Notes under the pieces: generated by a model
What the model was told of the DNA's origin: nothing
The model's database searches: none
The model's input: only the letters and a program-made list of their open reading frames with translations
Program-made: the position numbers and the translations under genes
From: an uncultured bacterium
Lineage (GTDB): Bacteria; Acidobacteriota; Thermoanaerobaculia; Multivoradales; JAHZIX01
DNA: 64,000 nt
NCBI GenBank assembly: GCA_965368975.1
Contig: CBDUPA010000003.1
Coordinates: 64,001-128,000 of the forward strand
Direction: 5' to 3'
Shown: positions 21,532 to 31,307 of the stretch, in pieces
Layout of the letters: each line of letters begins with the position of its first letter
Position numbering within the stretch: the first letter of the stretch is position 1

Positions 21532-22614
21532 TCAGGGCACTGCCGGGCGCAGGTTCGTGTCCAGGCTGCCGGCGTCGAGGCGACGGCGAATGTGCTGCAG
21601 GCGGCTGTAGCGTGGACCCTCGAGGTCTTCGAGTGTGAGACCGGCTCGCTGATAGGCCTCGTAGAGTTCTATCGCACCTCGGCGAGCGTCCCATCGCGGT
21701 TGGAACTCCGGCAACTGGCGCGCGATCTTGGTGCAGTCGACGCGGTAGCAGCGGGTGTCCGGTCCGGCGCCTTCGGCGATCTCGATGCGCGAGCCCGGGA
21801 CCGTATCCCGCACGATCTCGGCCAGCTCCCGGATGCGGTAGTTCTCTTCCTGGCGGCCGACGTTGAAAGCTTGGTCGTGAACCCGCTCGCGCGGTGCTTC
21901 GAGGACGGCGATGAAGGCGCGGCAAATGTCCTCGGCGTGCACAACCGGTCGCCAAGGGGTGCCGTCGCTGAGCAGCTTGACGACGCCGGTGGTCAGGGCC
22001 CAGGCCACCAGGTTGTTGAGCACCAGGTCGAGGCGCAGGCGCGGGGACGAGCCATAAGCGGTGGCGTTGCGCAGGTAGCTCGGGCTGAAGTGCTCGTCCG
22101 CCAGGGCGGAGAGTTCTTGCTCGACCCTGACCTTTGACTTGGCATAGGGCGTCACCGGGTTCAGGGTGGCGTTTTCGTCCAGGAAGTCATCACCGGCGGC
22201 GCCGTAGTTGCTGCACGATGACGAGAACACGAAGCGCTCGACCCCGGCCTGCTTGGCGCAGCGCGCCAGGTGGATCGAGGCGTCGAGGTTGATGTCGTAG
22301 GTCAGGTTGGCGTTGAGGTTGCCCAGCGGGTCGTTGGACAGGCCGGCGAGGTGGGCGACGGCGTCGAAACCTTCGAGCTGTGCGGGTGTGACGTCGCGCA
22401 GGTCGACCTCGAGCGTCTCGACATCGAGCGTTTCGACATCGAACCTGTCGCCCGGGGCCTGGTTGGCGCAGCCGCTCTTGAAGTCGAAACCCGTGAAGTC
22501 GCAACCTGCGAAGAGGTCCGTGTCCAGGCCCACTGCTTCGTGTCCTGCTCGGCGGAGCAGAGGTGGTAGGAGCACGCCGATGTAGCCGCGGTGTCCGGTG
22601 ATCAATACGCGCAT
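21532..22614 (-). CDS. NAD-dependent epimerase/dehydratase
   Basis: TGHRGYIG, HLAGLSNDP, SSSCSNYG, YAKSK; includes a 15-bp duplication encoding DVETL x2. Confidence 0.93.
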   Translation of the reverse strand: MRVLITGHRGYIGVLLPPLLRRAGHEAVGLDTDLFAGCDFTGFDFKSGCANQAPGDRFDVETLDVETLEVDLRDVTPAQLEGFDAVAHLAGLSNDPLGNLNANLTYDINLDASIHLARCAKQAGVERFVFSSSCSNYGAAGDDFLDENATLNPVTPYAKSKVRVEQELSALADEHFSPSYLRNATAYGSSPRLRLDLVLNNLVAWALTTGVVKLLSDGTPWRPVVHAEDICRAFIAVLEAPRERVHDQAFNVGRQEENYRIRELAEIVRDTVPGSRIEIAEGAGPDTRCYRVDCTKIARQLPEFQPRWDARRGAIELYEAYQRAGLTLEDLEGPRYSRLQHIRRRLDAGSLDTNLRPAVP

Positions 22615-22723
22615 GGCGATGCAGGCTAGCGCACTTTGCAGGCCCGGACAAGTTGACCGCGACGCCGTCACCGGATCGTCGGCACGGTGGTCCGCCCAGC
22701 TGCGACGGGGCGACGGAGAGCCG

Positions 22724-23608
22724 TTACTCGGCGCGCGGCAAGTGCGCGTGCCGGCGCTGCGCCTCGGCCAGATTCTCGGGCGTTCCGATGTCCAGAAAAC
22801 CGCCGTGCGGAAAGGGCACGCCACGCACGTCCATGCGCCTGTGCAGTGCGCGCGCGAACAGAGTACCGAGCTGGAATTCGAGGTTGCGCTCGGCCGCAGG
22901 CTTGGCACCGGCTGCCGCTTCTTTGGTCAGCTGCTGGTGCAGTTCATCGTGCAAGAAGCGCGTGAAGGTCGGCGTCCAGACGGCGAGCAACCAGTTGAAG
23001 GCCAGATCGCTGGTACGCGGTCGCACCTCGATACGCCGCACGCGGCCTTCGTCGTCCAGCTCTACCATGTCGGTGATGCGGCAGTCGGGGGCCGGAAAGA
23101 GGCCGAGCACGACATCGGCTCCGGTGCTCTCTTGGTGCTCCAGCAGGCGCCGGAAAGCGCCTTTGGGCTCAAACAGGACGTCGGGGAAGCCGAAGGCCAC
23201 GCGCGCCTCCGCAACAAAGGGAAAGGCGCGGTCGATCGTCTCGGGCACACTTCCCGTGGGTTCCCCCGTCAGGTAGGCGAGCGGCAGACCAGCCTCGTCG
23301 CCACTGCCGAAGTAGGTGGGCACATCCCACTTGCCCTGGCGCAGCAGAACGTAGGCGCTCTCGACCTCGGCGTCGGCCATGTGGTCCAGCAAATGCTGCA
23401 GCGCAACGCTCGGACTGATGTCGCCGTCTCGGGTGCGCCGGAAGCCGACTGGCAGCAGCTCCTTGGAGCCCGGCAGCCGTCCCAGACGGCTCGCCTGTCC
23501 GCCCGCGGGGATGAGTCCCACGGTCGGCATCGGCCGTCCTTCCTCACCGATTTCCGCGGCGATCTCGGCCGCCAGTGAGAGTGTCTCGCCTTCGTTTGCC
23601 GTAGTCAC
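22724..23608 (-). CDS. Sugar-phosphate nucleotidyltransferase (RmlA-like)
   Basis: GLIPAGGQASRL...KELLPVG, FLDIGTP; alternative start at 23530. Confidence 0.88.
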   Translation of the reverse strand: MTTANEGETLSLAAEIAAEIGEEGRPMPTVGLIPAGGQASRLGRLPGSKELLPVGFRRTRDGDISPSVALQHLLDHMADAEVESAYVLLRQGKWDVPTYFGSGDEAGLPLAYLTGEPTGSVPETIDRAFPFVAEARVAFGFPDVLFEPKGAFRRLLEHQESTGADVVLGLFPAPDCRITDMVELDDEGRVRRIEVRPRTSDLAFNWLLAVWTPTFTRFLHDELHQQLTKEAAAGAKPAAERNLEFQLGTLFARALHRRMDVRGVPFPHGGFLDIGTPENLAEAQRRHAHLPRAE

Positions 23609-23617
23609 GCGCGGCTC

Positions 23618-25120
23618 CTAGTGCTGGCCACCACCGGCGTAGCCGAGGGAGCGCATTTCGGCCTCGTCCTCCGGCGTCAGAACGGGCTTGCCGTCGGACC
23701 CCAGCTGGGCGGGCAAAAGCTCGTCACCATTGAGGTCGAGCCAGGTGTTTCGTAGCCGGCGAGCCAGGCGCCGGCGCTCCTTGTCGTCGTCCAGGGGTTG
23801 GCTAGTGCCGTCGGCATTCCAGCGCAGGAGTTGCAGCTCTGGTGTCTCGCCTGGCTGTCCACTCAGCGGCAGCTGCTGCAGGTAGGCATCCGCCAGGCGT
23901 TGGAAGATCACCTCGGGATCCTCCTGCAGCTCGGACTGCGGTGAGCCGAGAATTTGCAGCCGGGCTTTGAAGTACTGAGGTTCCGGTGTGGTGAAGCTGC
24001 TGGTCCAGATCAGCTGATGATCGCCGGTGACCAGCGAAAACGTGTTGATCCCATTGCCCATGTAGAGCTCGGACAGCACCTCTGACGGTGCTTCGTCGAA
24101 CAAACTCGGTGCGGCATAGCTCGGCACGCTGGCACCGGCCGCCGCCAGCAGCGTCGCGAACAGCCGATGCTGAGCGACGGGTGCCGGCGCTTCCGGGGTC
24201 ACTGCCAGCGAGCGCTCGAAGCCTCGCGGTAGTTTGACCAGCAGGGGTACCTCCAGCAAGGCGCGATTGAGATTGCCCCCGTGCGTGATCTGGTGGGCTT
24301 CGCCGAATTCTTCGCCATGATCGGCGGTGATCGCTAGCAGGGTCCGGTCCCAGAGTCCCGATTCACGTAGTGCGGTGGTCAGTTTGCCGACCAGCTCGTC
24401 CGCCCAGGCGACGTTGGACAGGTACAGGGTCCAGAACTCGCGGCGTGCCGCGTCTGGGAGCGCTACCGACGGGTCGTAGAAGTGCTCCAGGTCCAGAGGT
24501 CGTACCTTGTCCGGCAGCGACGCGGCATTCTCCTGCAACTCCTCCGGGAGCTGACCGAGCAGATGGTCGTAGCGCACATAGGGCGCGTGCGGCGGCAAGA
24601 TGTGAATCCACACGAACTGGCGCTCGTCGGGGAGCTCTCGCAGAGTGTTCTGGGCTCGCTGTCCATAGGCGAGATCACGGAAGGTCTCGAAACCCTGCGC
24701 ATACCCATACTTGGCTTGCAGCCAGTGATTCGAGCGAAAGCCGGTGGTCACATACCCTTGTGTCTGTAGCGCCTCCGGTAGCGTCAAGTGTTCGGCCGAC
24801 AGCACGGTCCGCTCGCCGTGCTGATTGCCGTGGCGCCAGGGCTGCATGCCTGTGAACAAGGATGCCATCGACGGCACGGTCCAACTCGATGTCGAGATGG
24901 CGTGGCCCGCGAAGTCTGCTTCCGCGGCCAGTGCGTCGAGGTTGGGGGTCAACCCGTGCGGGCCACCCAGACTCCCCAGCACGTCGGCGCGCAGAGAGTC
25001 GATGGTGATCAGGACGATAGGGCCGTCGTGAGCTGGCGGAGGGGGGGGAGCAGGGCAGGCCAGAAGCAGGCTGAGGAGGGGTAGGAGGAGCCAGGCTGTG
25101 GGGCGGGAAAGGTCGCGCAT
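23618..25120 (-). CDS. Sulfatase-like hydrolase/transferase, probable lipoprotein
   Basis: LLLAC lipobox, LITIDSLRAD, WTVPSMASLFTG, PPHAPY, TADHGEEF, MRSLGY tail. Confidence 0.88.
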   Translation of the reverse strand: MRDLSRPTAWLLLPLLSLLLACPAPPPPPAHDGPIVLITIDSLRADVLGSLGGPHGLTPNLDALAAEADFAGHAISTSSWTVPSMASLFTGMQPWRHGNQHGERTVLSAEHLTLPEALQTQGYVTTGFRSNHWLQAKYGYAQGFETFRDLAYGQRAQNTLRELPDERQFVWIHILPPHAPYVRYDHLLGQLPEELQENAASLPDKVRPLDLEHFYDPSVALPDAARREFWTLYLSNVAWADELVGKLTTALRESGLWDRTLLAITADHGEEFGEAHQITHGGNLNRALLEVPLLVKLPRGFERSLAVTPEAPAPVAQHRLFATLLAAAGASVPSYAAPSLFDEAPSEVLSELYMGNGINTFSLVTGDHQLIWTSSFTTPEPQYFKARLQILGSPQSELQEDPEVIFQRLADAYLQQLPLSGQPGETPELQLLRWNADGTSQPLDDDKERRRLARRLRNTWLDLNGDELLPAQLGSDGKPVLTPEDEAEMRSLGYAGGGQH

Positions 25121-25253
25121 GACCGGCGTATGGTAGCAGACGGGAGCGCTTGGCGAGGCCGAAAGCAGAGACCGCCAGCTCTCGCACTCACCAGGGCAGA
25201 AGACTGCTCCCGGTTGATGCTCGAGCCGGCGGTTCGGCAGACGGCGGCGTGCC

Positions 25254-25499
25254 TCAGGTACGAGGGCGCGCTTCGTTGACGTTGAGGCTCCTGCCGTCCA
25301 TGTCCTTCTGGTGCAGAGCCCGGATGGCTTCGTCGGCACCGCTCGACATTTCCACGAAGCCGAAGCCTCGCGGCCGGCCGGTCTCGCGGTCGGTGATCAG
25401 GTTCACCGACTCGACGGTGCCGTGCTCGCCGAAGAGGCTGCGGATCTGGTCGTCGGAGGCGCTGAAGGGCAGGTTACCTACGTAGATTCGTTTCGACAT
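25254..25499 (-). CDS. RNA recognition motif (RRM) RNA-binding protein
   Basis: IYVGNL (RNP2), RGFGFVEM (RNP1), VNEARPR. Confidence 0.96.
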   Translation of the reverse strand: MSKRIYVGNLPFSASDDQIRSLFGEHGTVESVNLITDRETGRPRGFGFVEMSSGADEAIRALHQKDMDGRSLNVNEARPRT

Positions 25500-25855
25500 A
25501 ACTCACTTCTCCTTGTCCCGCGGTCGTGACGGGTTGGGTTGATTAAGCCTCGGTCCATGTGACCGAAGCCCTCGGGGCGACCTCCAAGGGGGATAATAGG
25601 TACTCGACTGCGGGAAGGAACGGGTGTGAGCGGTCGCTTCTGGCGGGCGGAGTAGCGTGTGGTCCGTTGGACGAACCCGAGTGCATTACTGTACCAGGCT
25701 CGATCGTGGGGAGCAAGCCCCTTTGGTCGATCTTTGTCGATCTTCGTTCAACACTGCCGATGGTTGCTGCTCAAACCCATCCGGCGCCGCTCCGAAGCGC
25801 TAACGTTCTCCTCGCTGATTGCCGCAGTTCCGACGGCGCTGGTAGGATAGCGGCC

Positions 25856-27127
25856 ATGTCGAATCCCTGCTGCTCCGTCTCGTTTCTGCTTCGAAATCTC
25901 TTCTTCGGCTGTCTCTTGACCCTCGGCAGCGCTGCCGCCTATCCCGCGCAGGGTGAGTCTCTGCAGGCCCGGACGGGAGGTGCTCTGGCCCTGGGCGAAG
26001 CGCTGGCGGTACAGGAGCAAGAGCTGCAGGCGAGTGGTGGTGTCTCTCGGCAGCCGTCGAGCTTGAGCGTCCGCTTGCAGCTGCCCGGCGACGCGCAGCG
26101 TGATCTGCAGCTTCCCGCGACGAGTCATCTGTCGGATCTGGCGGCGGTCGAGCAAGGATGGCTGCTGGCAGCGACAGTGGAGGCGGCGGACGGTCGGCGC
26201 CAGCTGTTCCTGCTCGGGGCGCCCGAGCGGCAGCCGGAGAGTGTCGAGTTGCGGCTGCCGGCGCCGGGGGGGCAACGGGCTGCTGTGCGGTGGCAGCCGG
26301 TGCTGCTGACGAAGCCGGACGGCGACCTGGCGGGGTTGGCCTGGCTCGAGGGGGATGGCTTGCGCTCGCTCTCGGTGCGGGCTGCGGCGTTCGAGGGAAC
26401 CTCGCCCTGGAGCCACGGAGCCGCTTGGAGCCTGCCGCAGGATGTAGCGCCGGCGGGGCCCGGCAGTCAGCTGGCGCTTGCTGGCGCGGTCTTGACCGAC
26501 GGCTCTTGGCTGCTGGTCTGGAGTGGCTTCGATGGGGAGGACGACGAGATCCTGTTTGCCCACCGATCGCCGAGCGGCGTCTGGAGCGGTCCAAGCGTGT
26601 TGCGGCTGCCGGGGGAGGGCGACAATCAGGTGCCGGACATCACGCCGACGGTGGCGGCGCTGGCGGGCGGCGGGGCGATGGTGGCTTGGAGCCGCTTCCA
26701 CCGGCTGGCCGATGGAACCTCGGGCTACCGCTTGCATCGGGCCGTGCTAGAAGTGACTGGACGTGACCAGGCACTGCCGTCTGCAGGCTCCGAGGCAGAG
26801 CGCTGGCAATGGCGCTCGCTCGCTACCGAGGAGGTAGGGACCGGCTTTCCGCACTTCATATCCGAGGGCGCGCAGCCGCGGCTGTTGTTCCAGACGGCTT
26901 GGCCCCGCTCGTGGACACTGCTCGAGCTGACGGTGCAGGGCGACGAGGTACGGCGTGCTCGCGGGGCTGCCGGAGCGCAGGTGGTACCAGTCCTCGAGGC
27001 GGCAAGAGGAGGGGCTGGACGCGACGAGGTTTTGCTGTGGCACTGGCCGGACGGAGAGCGGACGCGTGTCGAGACGGTGACCTGGGAAGCGGTGACGCGG
27101 GATGAGGGCGCGGAGGTCGAGCGATGA
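25856..27127 (+). CDS. Secreted hypothetical protein (beta-rich, possibly propeller-like)
   Basis: Signal peptide; repeated LAW/LVW/VAW strands and DGEDDEI; GC3-biased codons; overlaps the next gene (ATGA). Confidence 0.6.
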   Translation: MSNPCCSVSFLLRNLFFGCLLTLGSAAAYPAQGESLQARTGGALALGEALAVQEQELQASGGVSRQPSSLSVRLQLPGDAQRDLQLPATSHLSDLAAVEQGWLLAATVEAADGRRQLFLLGAPERQPESVELRLPAPGGQRAAVRWQPVLLTKPDGDLAGLAWLEGDGLRSLSVRAAAFEGTSPWSHGAAWSLPQDVAPAGPGSQLALAGAVLTDGSWLLVWSGFDGEDDEILFAHRSPSGVWSGPSVLRLPGEGDNQVPDITPTVAALAGGGAMVAWSRFHRLADGTSGYRLHRAVLEVTGRDQALPSAGSEAERWQWRSLATEEVGTGFPHFISEGAQPRLLFQTAWPRSWTLLELTVQGDEVRRARGAAGAQVVPVLEAARGGAGRDEVLLWHWPDGERTRVETVTWEAVTRDEGAEVER

Positions 27128-28335
27128 GCGCGACCAGGGGGGACGATGCGGTTTTCGTCCGGCGAAGCTCTCTCGGGTTGACCCAGAGGGCAGGACTTTG
27201 CAGTGCGCTTGTGCTCTGGGGGGCACTTCTGTCTTGGGGTTCACATCCCGTGGCAGCGCAGACGACAGTCTTCGTGGGCTTCGGCGACAGCATCACGGCG
27301 GGCACCGGTGACGATCCCGAGCGCGAGGAGACCGGGTACCCGCCGCGGCTGGAGGTGCTACTGGTCAGCGCTGGCGTCGATGCCCAGGTGATCAATGAGG
27401 GTGTCGGGGCCGAGCGCACGCCGGAGGGCCTGGCGCGACTGCCGGATGTCCTGGCCGGGCCAGGCAACGTGCTGCTGCTAATGGAAGGCACCAACGATAT
27501 TTCGCGGTCGATCTCCCCCGAGACGACGCTGTTCAATCTGAACGAGATGGCACGCCAGGCATCCTCGGCCGGCTGGCAGACGATCCACGCGACGTTGATT
27601 CCGCGTCTGCTGAACGCGCGCTTCGATCCCTCGAACACGGAGAATCAGCGCCTGTGCCAGCGCATCCGCAACCTGGCGGGGAACAACGGCCGGCAGTTGG
27701 TCGACCCGTTCGAGATCTACAGCAATTTGCCCGATCTCTATGGAACCTACTATTGGGACGATCCCATCGACCCCGTGGGGCATCCAAATCCGGCCGGCTA
27801 CGACGTGCTGGCGCGGGCCTTCTTCAACGTCATCACCGGGGTCGATGCGGTGGCTCCGGTCGCTGGCCTGGTGATTCCGGCGGATGGTGACTCGGGCGTG
27901 GCGCCGGATGTCGAGATTGAGGTCGACGTGTGGGATTTTGGCGACGGCATCGATCTCGCGGGCACCAGCGTGCTGGTCGATGGTGTGCCGGTGTCGGTGC
28001 AGGCGACGTCGAGCGCGGGACTGGCCCAGCTGCGGTATCGGCCGCCGCAGACGCTGTCGGGTGCCGTGACGCTCGTGTTGCAGAGTCGGGACGTTGCCGG
28101 CAACACCACGCAACGAGAGATTTCGCGCTTCACGATCACGGGCAGCGTGTCGCTGAACGGTGATCTCGACAGCGATGGCCGTGTCGACGGGCAGGATCTG
28201 ATTGCCTTCGCGCGTCGCTTCGGTGCCGTCCAGGGGCAGGCGCGCTATGCCGCTGCCGCGGATTTCAATCGCGACGGAACGATCAACGGCACGGATCTGG
28301 CGGTGCTGGCGGACAACTTCGGGCGTTCGCTCTGA
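27124..28335 (+). CDS. SGNH/GDSL hydrolase with Ig-like and C-terminal dockerin-like domains
   Basis: FGDSIT, EGTND, GHPNPAGY; duplicated GDLDSDGRVDGQD and DFNRDGTINGTD Ca-binding loops. Confidence 0.88.
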   Translation: MSATRGDDAVFVRRSSLGLTQRAGLCSALVLWGALLSWGSHPVAAQTTVFVGFGDSITAGTGDDPEREETGYPPRLEVLLVSAGVDAQVINEGVGAERTPEGLARLPDVLAGPGNVLLLMEGTNDISRSISPETTLFNLNEMARQASSAGWQTIHATLIPRLLNARFDPSNTENQRLCQRIRNLAGNNGRQLVDPFEIYSNLPDLYGTYYWDDPIDPVGHPNPAGYDVLARAFFNVITGVDAVAPVAGLVIPADGDSGVAPDVEIEVDVWDFGDGIDLAGTSVLVDGVPVSVQATSSAGLAQLRYRPPQTLSGAVTLVLQSRDVAGNTTQREISRFTITGSVSLNGDLDSDGRVDGQDLIAFARRFGAVQGQARYAAAADFNRDGTINGTDLAVLADNFGRSL

Positions 28336-28401
28336 CGAAGTCTCTCAGGGGTCTTCGCCCGGAGGCTGTGTGAGACTGCCGCCTTGGAACCCCGCAAGTC
28401 T

Positions 28402-29511
28402 CTACGCCGCGTTGATCTCCGCTTCCAAGTGGGCCGCTGCGATCTGGGCTCCTGACTGGACTGGCGGAGGCACGGAACTACGTTCTAGGAGTTCCGGTAG
28501 GTAGCGCGTCCAGCTGCCGTCCAGGAAACTGGCTTGCGGGATCTCGACGCCGCGCAAGTGCTGCCGCGCGAAGCCTGCGAGCACCGCGGATTCGGGGAAG
28601 CGTTCTCGCGGGACGTAGCCGAGCGGGCGGCCGGCTTGGTGGACCTCGGCGAGCGTGCTGTAGCCGAGCTTGCCGACCACAGCGTCGCAAGCGTTGACCA
28701 GATCCGGGTGAAAGAAGCCGGAGCGGTGGGGCAGCCGCCGCAGGCCGGGTCGTCGTACCGGCTGGTCGCTGGTACCGGGTACGACGAGGGTGAACCCGGA
28801 GGCGCACAACGCGTCGAGATCTTGGTAGTGCCACTGGATACCGCCCATGGTCACCAGCAGGAGCGGGCTGTCCGTGTCGACCTGCAGCCGCGCACGTACC
28901 GTGGCCCGGTCTTGACGGCAGGCACGGCTGATCGGGGGCACCTGAATGGCCTTCGAACTGGCACCCGGAGTGCAGCAAGGTGTTGCCTGGAAGTGTAGGT
29001 CGGCCTGGCCGAAGATGTCTTCGAGTTGGTCAGCGTACGGCCCGAGTCTCGGTTCGACGTCGAGGTAGGCGCGATAGATCCAGTCCCAGGTGAAGTTCTC
29101 GATCAGGACGGAAGGCAGGCCGGCTTGTTGGGCTATGGCCAGACCCAGCGGGGCGATGTCGCAGAGGACGGCGGAGCAGCCCAGCTCTGCCACCTGCGCT
29201 GCCAGTCGCCGCACGCGCTCGGGACGCAGGGGCAGCAACTCGGACAACCGTTCGACGGTCGCCGCGGGATCTTCCGTCAGCGCATCACGTTGCACCAGGC
29301 CTACGTCGCAGGCCTCTTGGTGGTAGCCGAAGGCGAAGGGGAGTGCGTCCTCGAAGAACCAGCGAGGCACAGTGGTGAAGAGCTCCGGGCGCAGTTCCGA
29401 GAGCCCCTGCTCTTGCCGCTGCTCTCTCCAGGCTTCGAGGATGGCGCAGGTGCGCGAGGAATGGCCGAAGCCGTGGGGTGTCAGGAAGCACGCGATGCGC
29501 AGAGGTACCAT
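28402..29511 (-). CDS. GT-B glycosyltransferase-like protein (arabinokinase N-terminal-like)
   Basis: HGFGH, ENFTWDWIY, VVGKLGYSTLAE, RERFPE. Confidence 0.78.
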   Translation of the reverse strand: MVPLRIACFLTPHGFGHSSRTCAILEAWREQRQEQGLSELRPELFTTVPRWFFEDALPFAFGYHQEACDVGLVQRDALTEDPAATVERLSELLPLRPERVRRLAAQVAELGCSAVLCDIAPLGLAIAQQAGLPSVLIENFTWDWIYRAYLDVEPRLGPYADQLEDIFGQADLHFQATPCCTPGASSKAIQVPPISRACRQDRATVRARLQVDTDSPLLLVTMGGIQWHYQDLDALCASGFTLVVPGTSDQPVRRPGLRRLPHRSGFFHPDLVNACDAVVGKLGYSTLAEVHQAGRPLGYVPRERFPESAVLAGFARQHLRGVEIPQASFLDGSWTRYLPELLERSSVPPPVQSGAQIAAAHLEAEINAA

Positions 29512-29561
29512 GGCTGTTCATCTTACTCTTGCTGCGAGTCGCGGTGGTAGGCTGCGCTGCC

Positions 29562-30374
29562 ATGGAAACGCTACCCATCCTCGACGGCGAGACCGCGGTC
29601 TCACACCTGGCGATCACGTACGAGCGTCCTGCCACCGAAGCCGACGCTGGCCTGGCGGTGCTGTACTTGCACGGCTTCGGCTCTAGTCAGAGTGGCGAGA
29701 AAGCGCAGTTCTTTCGTGCACGCTGCGTGGACGCCGGGTTGACGTTCTGCTCCTTCGACTTCCAGGGCCATGGTGCCAGCGGAGGTGGCATGTACGGGCT
29801 GTCGTTGTCCCGCAATCTGGAGGACACGCGCCGGGTCCATGACGAACTACGGCGGCGCGGGCACGGGCGGGTGATCGTGATGGGATCGTCGATGGGGGGC
29901 TGGACCGGGTTGTGGTACCTGGCGCGCCAGGTGCGCGAGGAGCCCGCAGAGGCAGCGCTTGCAGGGCTGTTTCTGGCGCCGGCAGTCGAGCTGGTCGACA
30001 AGTTTCTGCGCCTGCTCGGGCCGGACGGCGTCGCGGACTGGCAGCGCAAAGGGCAGCTGCGGGTGGAGAATGACTTGGTGCAGTGCGACCTCGGCTGGGG
30101 CCTGGTCGAGGATTACCAGCAACGGTACTCGAGGCAGGAGCTGCACGCTGGCGTGCGGGTGCCGTGTCTGCTCCTGCAGGGGCAGCAGGACGAGCAGGTC
30201 GACTGGCGCGCTGTCGCCGCCTTCGCCGAGGCGTGCGCACCGGCGGGTACGGAACTGCATCTCTTCGCTGAAGGGGATCATCGGCTGATCGACCGCAAGG
30301 AGCAGCTGTGGCGCTTGATGTTCGACTTCTTGCGCAGCCGCGGCTTGCTCTCCCGCCGAGGACCTACCGCCTAG
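29562..30374 (+). CDS. Alpha/beta hydrolase
   Basis: YLHGF, GSSMGG nucleophile elbow, QGQQD, GDHRL. Confidence 0.9.
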   Translation: METLPILDGETAVSHLAITYERPATEADAGLAVLYLHGFGSSQSGEKAQFFRARCVDAGLTFCSFDFQGHGASGGGMYGLSLSRNLEDTRRVHDELRRRGHGRVIVMGSSMGGWTGLWYLARQVREEPAEAALAGLFLAPAVELVDKFLRLLGPDGVADWQRKGQLRVENDLVQCDLGWGLVEDYQQRYSRQELHAGVRVPCLLLQGQQDEQVDWRAVAAFAEACAPAGTELHLFAEGDHRLIDRKEQLWRLMFDFLRSRGLLSRRGPTA

Positions 30375-30392
30375 AGCCCGCTCGCCTTCCGT

Positions 30393-31205
30393 TCAGGTGC
30401 TGTCGCTAGCTTCTTGGCTGTCACGGTCCTTCAGCCGCGCGCCGCCCAGCGCTCCCACGACACCGCGCAGCGTCCGCACTTCGCTGTCGGTCAAGCCGGC
30501 TCGCTGCAGCAAGTTACGCAGGGTGCGCTGCATGATCGGCCGTTTCTCGGCGGGGTAGAAGTAGTTGGCGGCTTCGAGTTCGCTTTCCAGGTGCTCGAAC
30601 AGGGCGTAGAGTTCTTCTTTGTTCGCCGGACTCTCGTTGTGCTCGCGCACGGCGCTGGCCTTGCCGGGTGTCGAGGGCAGCTGGGGGTCGCCGGTCTGGT
30701 ACCACTCGTAGCCCAGCAGCAGTACGGCTTGCGCCAGGTTGAGCGAGCGAAAGGCAGGGTTGAGCGGCACCGCGACGACCGCGTCGGCGAGCACGATGTG
30801 GTCGTTGATCAGGCCGGCGCGCTCGGGGCCGAAGAGCAGGCCGCAGCGCTCGCCGGCGTCGTGATGGGTGCGCAGCTCGGCGGCAGTTTCCCGCGGTGTG
30901 AGTACTGGTTTGTTCATGTCGCGCGGGCGGGCGGTGGTCGCGTAGAGGTGCTGCAGGTCGGCAACGGCGCTCTCGACATCGTCGAACACGCGTGCGCTGT
31001 CGAGTACCGCGTCGGCACCGGAGGCGGCGGCGATGGCGTTGGGATTGGGCCAGCCGTCGCGAGGCGCTACCAGGCGCAGGTCGGTGAGCCCGCAGTTGAG
31101 CATGGCACGCGCGGTGGTGCCGATGTTCTGTCCCAGTTGCGGTGCGACCAGGATGATCGCCGGGCCGCCGAGGGTGGAGGTCAAGGAAGTGTCGGTGCCT
31201 GCCAT
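30393..31205 (-). CDS. trmJ: tRNA/rRNA 2'-O-methyltransferase, TrmJ/LasT (SPOUT)
   Basis: PQLGQNIGTTARAM, ATTAR, LFGPERAGL, SLNLAQAV. Confidence 0.9.
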   Translation of the reverse strand: MAGTDTSLTSTLGGPAIILVAPQLGQNIGTTARAMLNCGLTDLRLVAPRDGWPNPNAIAAASGADAVLDSARVFDDVESAVADLQHLYATTARPRDMNKPVLTPRETAAELRTHHDAGERCGLLFGPERAGLINDHIVLADAVVAVPLNPAFRSLNLAQAVLLLGYEWYQTGDPQLPSTPGKASAVREHNESPANKEELYALFEHLESELEAANYFYPAEKRPIMQRTLRNLLQRAGLTDSEVRTLRGVVGALGGARLKDRDSQEASDST

Positions 31206-31307
31206 GGCCGCAGAGTCTATGCCATCTGGTCGCCAGGTACAGGCCACCTGGGCTGCTTCGGCTGAACGGGCGAGGCGGGTGTACCGCAAGGAGTCCGGGA
31301 GAAGCCC

